DNA of 64,000 bases. Origin: Arenicellales bacterium (lineage in GTDB: Bacteria > Pseudomonadota > Gammaproteobacteria > Arenicellales > UBA868). The notes beneath the pieces were generated by a model. That model was not told the DNA's origin, did not search any database, and was given only the letters and a program-made list of their open reading frames with translations. The first letter of the stretch is position 1; every line of letters begins with the position of its first letter. Location: contig JBBWVW010000086.1 of NCBI GenBank assembly GCA_050256425.1, positions 1,015-65,014 of the forward strand, given 5' to 3'. The position numbers and the translations under genes were made by a program. This document shows, piece after piece, positions 58,437 to 64,000 of the stretch.

Positions 58437-60296
58437 TTGGCCGAAACAACGATATCAGCACAAAATTTTGTGACTAGCATACAACCCGCCCCAACCTACA
58501 AAGGCCCCCTGATTGTCTTCGTGGCTTTTCTGGTGTACTACCTGGCCACCGCAATGGCGCTGCCCTACGGTGCTGGGCCAGACTACACAGCTCACCTTGA
58601 CGGAGCACGCTTTATTTTTGACGAGGGGCGTCTGGCGACCTTACCGGCTGACAAAGAAAGGCTTCATTTCACTGTCTACGGTTCAACACGTGTGCTACGC
58701 CCGCCGCTGCCTTACATCGTCGCAGCGGCCGCTGCACACAGCCTGAACTGGACTGGAATTGATCTCCGCCTGCTGTTTCGCGCTGGACCTGCGCTGCTGA
58801 GCGCTCTCACCCTGGGGCTGATCTTCGCGACCCTACGTCTTTATTTCAACGACAACTGGTATGCGCTTGGTGGTGCGCTGCTGGTGGGACTGATGCCGCA
58901 ATTCGCCTTTATTGCCTCGCATCTGAATGATGACTGTGCGGCAATTTTTTCAGTCACACTGACGCTCTACTGTCTGGTGCGGTTGTTACATGAAAAGTCA
59001 ACGCCCGGTCTTGCAGCAATGACTGGAATTGCGATTGGATTGATAATTCTGTCCAAGTTTACTGCCTGGCTTTTCTTGCCCTTTGCAGGTATTGCTCTGG
59101 CTGCCTTTGCCCGGCCCCAACCAGGCCGTTGGCTGTCCTGTACCGCTTTTTTGACTATCGGCATTATCATCGGCGGCGGTTGGTGGATCGGCTTTAATGT
59201 TTGGCACTATGGCTGGCACGACCCACTACTGTTCAAGATCGCTGCACAGACCAGCGTAGCGCACATGCGGCTGGAACCGGAAGCCGTACGCAGTTTCGCT
59301 GACGAGGGGGTGACATTAGTTGGCCTGGTAATCGCTAATTACAAAGGTTTTGTTGACGAAACCCTGATATCTACAATCGGCAATCTCGATTGGCTGCGGC
59401 TCAAACTTGGTCTTCCGCAGTACCTTTTGTATGGCCTGGTTCTGGGAACTGGCTTGGCTTACCTACCCCTGCGATGGTTCGCCGCCCTGCTTTCAGTAAG
59501 TCGCGGAGACGGTGCGCCTAGGATTCGACGGCTACTGTTTGAGTCTCTTCTTCTGGGCGCTATCATTTTTCAGTTTTTCATGTACGCACGCTATAACCTG
59601 CTTCAAGAAGCACAGGTACAGGGTAAGTACCTACTGCCTGTTCTGTTGTGCCCCCTGTTGCTGTTTTTCGCCGCGATTGAGATGCTGGGGCGCTGGCGCC
59701 GGCTGCACCACTGCCTACCGACCCTGGTTTTTGGCTCACCGCTGGGCGGGGTACGCATCGCCCTGGCCCCAGCGCTGATGATTACAGTGATCACACTGGT
59801 ACATGTTGATGCACTGGTGCGCTTTGTGATTCCCTTTTACGATCCACCGCCGAAAGCTTTGCGCCTGGGTGGCTTCCATTCACTTGATCTCACCAGCACC
59901 AACCTTGTCCATCGCAGCCAAAATCTCGAAATGCAACTGAATGAAAACGGCTTGCTGATTGATACGCTAACGGATGATGGTCAGATTGAATTTGATCCCG
60001 CGCTGTGTCAGTTTTTTCAGGCCAACAATCTGGTGCAAATAAAGTTACGCAGTGACGGTACGGGCACGCTGCAGTTATTCTGGGACAATGGAGAAGGCTT
60101 TATTGCACGTGAGGGGGTATTTTCGACAACGGCAAAAATACAGCCCGGAGAAAATACCCTTCTGATGGCAGTGGGAACAGGTGCCTGTAAACGACTGCGG
60201 CTCGACCCGACCAACGCAGCCGGTCAACAGATTCTGCTACGCACGTTTTCGGTAGCACCGCTCAGCATCAACCGCCGACCTTTCAAGTTCCGATGA
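58437..60296 (+). CDS. GT-C-fold membrane glycosyltransferase (ArnT/PMT/DUF2142-like)
   Basis: Multi-TM protein; first-loop GPDYTAH, RPPLPY, PQFAFI...LNDD, SKF and QVQGKYLLP. Confidence 0.65.
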   Translation: MAETTISAQNFVTSIQPAPTYKGPLIVFVAFLVYYLATAMALPYGAGPDYTAHLDGARFIFDEGRLATLPADKERLHFTVYGSTRVLRPPLPYIVAAAAAHSLNWTGIDLRLLFRAGPALLSALTLGLIFATLRLYFNDNWYALGGALLVGLMPQFAFIASHLNDDCAAIFSVTLTLYCLVRLLHEKSTPGLAAMTGIAIGLIILSKFTAWLFLPFAGIALAAFARPQPGRWLSCTAFLTIGIIIGGGWWIGFNVWHYGWHDPLLFKIAAQTSVAHMRLEPEAVRSFADEGVTLVGLVIANYKGFVDETLISTIGNLDWLRLKLGLPQYLLYGLVLGTGLAYLPLRWFAALLSVSRGDGAPRIRRLLFESLLLGAIIFQFFMYARYNLLQEAQVQGKYLLPVLLCPLLLFFAAIEMLGRWRRLHHCLPTLVFGSPLGGVRIALAPALMITVITLVHVDALVRFVIPFYDPPPKALRLGGFHSLDLTSTNLVHRSQNLEMQLNENGLLIDTLTDDGQIEFDPALCQFFQANNLVQIKLRSDGTGTLQLFWDNGEGFIAREGVFSTTAKIQPGENTLLMAVGTGACKRLRLDPTNAAGQQILLRTFSVAPLSINRRPFKFR

Positions 60297-60323
60297 ACTG
60301 CCATAGGGCCAACGAATGGTTAC

Positions 60324-62021
60324 TTGAGCGTTGTGGCTGAAAACCGGCTCGACACGCAAGTGTTGACTGAGCAGGTTTTCGATGTCCTGGTCATCGGCGG
60401 TGGAATTACCGGAGCTTGGACTGCACTGGACTGCGCTCTGCGGGGCATGTCTACCGTGCTGATCGAAAAAAACGATTTTGGCAGTGCCACATCTATGCGC
60501 TCATCCAGGCTGCTGCATGGTGGTATACGCTACCTGCAGCAGTTGGAGCTTGCGAAAGTGCGCGAATCATCCCGCGAGAGGGCCTTTCTGATACGCTGCG
60601 CACCGCACATGGTTGAACACGTACCGTTCATCGTGCCCACGTACCGCGGTCTGCGCCAAAGCCGCGGTTTTCTATACAGCGGTATGCTCGCATACCGGTT
60701 ATTGACTCTGGGCACCCAGACCCAGTTGACCGATCCTGCTACTCAAATACCCAGGGACCGGGCTCTCAGTCGGGCGCAAACCATAGCGGGTGGGGCACTC
60801 GATGGCGAAAACATTACGGGCGGGCGGGTACTGTACGAGACGCAGATGAACAGCTCCGATCGAATGACACTGGGTGTGATTAATACCGCCCGCGCATCCG
60901 GTGCCGCCACACTCAATTACGTCGCGATGGAGAATTACCGCATCGGTGACCGCAAAGTGGCTGGTGTCAAAGTCCGTGACAGGGTTAGCGACAGATCATT
61001 TGAAATTCGCTCTCGCGTCGTGGTCAACGCCGCCGGCCCCTGGTGCGACAGCCTGAATCAGCCAGCATCATTGGGCCGGTTGAACACCGGCTTTGCCCGC
61101 GGCGCTCATATCATCACCCGGCCACTACTGGGCAACTTTGCAGTCGCCTTGCCTTCCGCCTTCCGTGCTGACGGTGTAGCCACACGTGGGAATCGGCATA
61201 TTTTCGTCATTCCCTGGCGGGGTCACTCTCTCATCGGCACGAGCTACATTGAAGCCGATGAACCCTCAGGGGAACTGGTTCCGACCGATAGTGAAATCGA
61301 CCAACTCATTGAAACCGTTAACGCTTCCCTGCCACAGGCAAATTTGAGCCGCACCGATGTACGCCAATCCTTCGCCGGCTATTACCCGTTGCAGAATCCA
61401 GCAATACAGCACGGGGTTTACCAGGGTACCGGTGAATACCAACTGGTAGATCACAGCATTACCGACAATCTAGACGGACTGGTTACTGCGCTGGGCGCCA
61501 AGTTCACTACCGGCCGTCGGCTCGGCGAGATGACAGCTCAGTTGGTAGAAAGAAAACTCGGCCGACATGGGTCACGCAACAACCCAACTAGAAGAGTCCG
61601 GCTGGTTGGCGGCGATATCAACGACCTGGCCAAGTTCCGCAATGACTGCCTTCAGCAATACAGCACTCTTTGGTCAGAGCAAACCTGCCTGCAACTGGTA
61701 AGCAGTTACGGGACACGAATCGATGAGATCGCGCAGTTATGCCGTCATCGACCGGATCTGGCCGAACTGCTCGCCGGTGGGCGCGATACCATCGCAGGCC
61801 AGGTGGTATGGGCAGCACAGCACGAATCTGTCGTGCACCTTGCCGATATCCTCCTGCGCCGTACCGACCTGTGTCTGCTGGGCAATCCCGGGGGTGTCGT
61901 ACTGGAACGCTGCGCCCAACTCGCCGGCGACGTGCTCAACTGGAGCGAAGAAAGACGACACGCTGAGTTAGAATCCCTGCGTATTGAACTGGGCCGAAGC
62001 ATCCCGGCGGCCAGAACCTGA
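60324..62021 (+). CDS. GlpD-like FAD-dependent glycerol-3-phosphate dehydrogenase/oxidase family protein
   Basis: DVLVIGGGITG, DFGSATSMRSSRLLHGGIRYL, VVNAAGPW and RRTDL. Confidence 0.85.
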   Translation: MSVVAENRLDTQVLTEQVFDVLVIGGGITGAWTALDCALRGMSTVLIEKNDFGSATSMRSSRLLHGGIRYLQQLELAKVRESSRERAFLIRCAPHMVEHVPFIVPTYRGLRQSRGFLYSGMLAYRLLTLGTQTQLTDPATQIPRDRALSRAQTIAGGALDGENITGGRVLYETQMNSSDRMTLGVINTARASGAATLNYVAMENYRIGDRKVAGVKVRDRVSDRSFEIRSRVVVNAAGPWCDSLNQPASLGRLNTGFARGAHIITRPLLGNFAVALPSAFRADGVATRGNRHIFVIPWRGHSLIGTSYIEADEPSGELVPTDSEIDQLIETVNASLPQANLSRTDVRQSFAGYYPLQNPAIQHGVYQGTGEYQLVDHSITDNLDGLVTALGAKFTTGRRLGEMTAQLVERKLGRHGSRNNPTRRVRLVGGDINDLAKFRNDCLQQYSTLWSEQTCLQLVSSYGTRIDEIAQLCRHRPDLAELLAGGRDTIAGQVVWAAQHESVVHLADILLRRTDLCLLGNPGGVVLERCAQLAGDVLNWSEERRHAELESLRIELGRSIPAART

Positions 62022-63234
62022 TCTCTCCGGCTTGAAAGTACTCCACATCGCTCCGACCCCGTTTTTTTCAGACCGGGGCTGCCACATACGGATACTCAGT
62101 ATCCTGCGCGCGATAGAAACCCGCGGGGGCACCAATATCCTATGCACTTACCCGCTTGGACGTGATGTCAGCGGAGTGGGCACGCGTCGGACCTCTGCGG
62201 TACCTGGCTATGAAAACACTGAGGCCGGCCCGCAGAAAGGCAAGTTGCGGGCTGACTTGATGCTGCTGATCCTATGCCTGCGTACGGCCTTGACAGAAAA
62301 ACCAGATCTCATACACGCCCACCTGCATGAAGGATTACTGATCGGCTGGCTGGTGAGAATACTTCTGCCATGGAAGCGCCTGGTGCTGGTTGCCGATCTA
62401 CAAGGTGGGCTGGTCGGCGAACTGGATGATCACAACTTCTTCTCGCGAAGGTCAATTGCGCCAGGCCTGCTACGCTTTTGCTTTCGCGCACTTGAGGCAT
62501 GCCTGCTAAAGCTGCCAGCGCACATTTTCTGCTCCTCGGGTAACAGTGAGCAAATTTTCCGAATAGACTACGGAATCAAGCTAGCCCGGATCACCCGGCT
62601 CGACGATCGAGTGGACCTCAGCGCCTACGATCCTGCGCGGGTGTTGCTATCGGTTTCACCTTTTCCAAAAGATGCCTTTGTCGCCGTCTACAGCGGCTCC
62701 TTGCTGTCGATCAAAGGTCTTGATGTACTTAAGGAGTTGATACTGACGGTGACGGAGCGTCGGCACGACATCTGTTTCCTTCTGTTGGGTTATCCCACGG
62801 TTGAAATGGAGGCGTTTGTCGCGGAGCATCAAATCTCTGCTCAGGTTGCTCTGACGGGGCGCATCGCATTTGAATCTCTTCCCGGTTACCTGCTGCTGGC
62901 GAACGCCGGTATTGAACCGAAGCGCTCGGCCTCGGGTGAGGGCAGCGGCAAACTGCTACATTACATGGCTGCGGGTCTTGCACTGGCAGCGTTCCCCACA
63001 GAGCACAATTTGTCTTTCGCTGGCGCTGATGCCCTGGCCACAGGCAACACACCAGCCGATCTTGCCCGACGAATTGAAATGCTGGCTGATGATCGGGCAC
63101 TTTGCCGTGCGGCCGGGCAGGCAAACCGTGATCAGGCGCGAGCCTACTCACTGGCGGCCGGCGGGGAGACTATTGCCGGTATTTATCAGACGCTGGGCTT
63201 AACCCTCGGCCAACAGGATGCCGGCGGGGGCTGA
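61984..63234 (+). CDS. Glycosyltransferase family 4
   Basis: PFFSDRGCHIR, HAHLHEG, YSGSL...KG and SGKLLHYMAAG. Confidence 0.85.
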   Translation: MNWAEASRRPEPDLSGLKVLHIAPTPFFSDRGCHIRILSILRAIETRGGTNILCTYPLGRDVSGVGTRRTSAVPGYENTEAGPQKGKLRADLMLLILCLRTALTEKPDLIHAHLHEGLLIGWLVRILLPWKRLVLVADLQGGLVGELDDHNFFSRRSIAPGLLRFCFRALEACLLKLPAHIFCSSGNSEQIFRIDYGIKLARITRLDDRVDLSAYDPARVLLSVSPFPKDAFVAVYSGSLLSIKGLDVLKELILTVTERRHDICFLLLGYPTVEMEAFVAEHQISAQVALTGRIAFESLPGYLLLANAGIEPKRSASGEGSGKLLHYMAAGLALAAFPTEHNLSFAGADALATGNTPADLARRIEMLADDRALCRAAGQANRDQARAYSLAAGGETIAGIYQTLGLTLGQQDAGGG

Positions 63235-63247
63235 TGGAGATTCAACA

Positions 63248-64000
63248 ATGCGAGTTCTGGTAACAGGCGGGACCGGGTTTACCGGCAAAGCGCTGGTCAA
63301 ACGACTGTACGATGCCGGGCATGAGCCGGTCGCCCTTGACTACAAGGAAGGTGTCAAGACCGATGAAATACGCCAGTGGGGCGTGAGAGTGATTATCGGC
63401 AGCGTTACCGATACAAAAATCGTCCGTGAAGCCGTGCAGGGGGTTGAGGTTATCCATCACCTGGCGGCTGCGTTCAGGGAGCTGGATGTGCCTAACAATT
63501 ACTATCATGAGGTTAACTTCAAAGGCACCCGCATAGTGCTCGATGCAGCCAAAGACGCCGGGGTCAGACGCTTCATCTACTGTAGCACTTGTGGGGTACA
63601 CGGTAACGTCAAGAATCCACCGGCAAATGAAGATGCGCCCATCGCTGCGGCCGACTACTATCAGCAGACCAAGTACGAGGCAGAACCCCTGGTACAACAA
63701 TATGGGCAACAGGGCCTAAAAACAGTGATTGTCCGCCCTGCTGCTATTTATGGGCCAGGCGACCCCGAGCGTTTCGGGATGATCTTTCGGCGGGTTGCCA
63801 GGGGCAGTTTTCCGATCTTCGGCAACGGCCGCGCCTTTTATCACCCACTCTACATCGACAACTTTGTTGATGCGCTGATGAACGTGACGCAAGACGGTGT
63901 TGGGGACGGTCGTACCTACCTGATTGCCGATCGCGAGTACGTCACCATTGAGGACCTGGTGCAGCGAGTAGGTCGCGCTATGGATCAGAAAGTAAAAACC
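63248..64000 (+). CDS. NAD-dependent epimerase/dehydratase, runs off the window end
   Basis: Manual translation gives MRVLVTGGTGFTG, HHLAAAF, YQQTKYEAE and RPAAIYGPGD. Confidence 0.9.
   Translation, partial: MRVLVTGGTGFTGKALVKRLYDAGHEPVALDYKEGVKTDEIRQWGVRVIIGSVTDTKIVREAVQGVEVIHHLAAAFRELDVPNNYYHEVNFKGTRIVLDAAKDAGVRRFIYCSTCGVHGNVKNPPANEDAPIAAADYYQQTKYEAEPLVQQYGQQGLKTVIVRPAAIYGPGDPERFGMIFRRVARGSFPIFGNGRAFYHPLYIDNFVDALMNVTQDGVGDGRTYLIADREYVTIEDLVQRVGRAMDQKVKT

Overview
A 64-kb window from a GC-rich (~60% by eye) proteobacterium whose housekeeping genes look gammaproteobacterial: argS-SPOR, nudC, hemL/rubredoxin, prmB, rpmE, rho-trxA/rhlB, a class III PHA locus and msrPQ. A visibly AT-richer block of ~17.5 kb (~9.1-26.7 kb) is inserted into this backbone and is the main finding. 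It encodes a cobalt-type thiocyanate hydrolase (scnB-scnA-scnC plus a P15K-like activator), an NrtA/CmpA-like ABC binding protein, cbtBA cobalt uptake, a dsrE-tusA-sqr-DUF1641 sulfur module, a DUF1348 (SnoaL-like) protein, a catalytically altered MurB-fold flavoprotein, cyanase, an atypical CLC channel, a CynR-like LysR regulator and an ABC ATPase with two permeases. The same 38-bp operator layout (ATAGG-N5-CCTAT-N6-GATAA-N4-ATCGTCTT) occurs four times, each copy pointing at a different transcription unit. This suggests one LysR-controlled thiocyanate regulon. Other items are two candidate anti-Shine-Dalgarno small RNAs, an uncalled 58-aa ORF, a PhaE with a basic tail, and a surface-glycosylation-like locus containing a large S8 protease. 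I saw no tRNA, rRNA, CRISPR array, integrase or transposase. All assignments come from reading motifs by eye and from remembered family features; no database searches were run.
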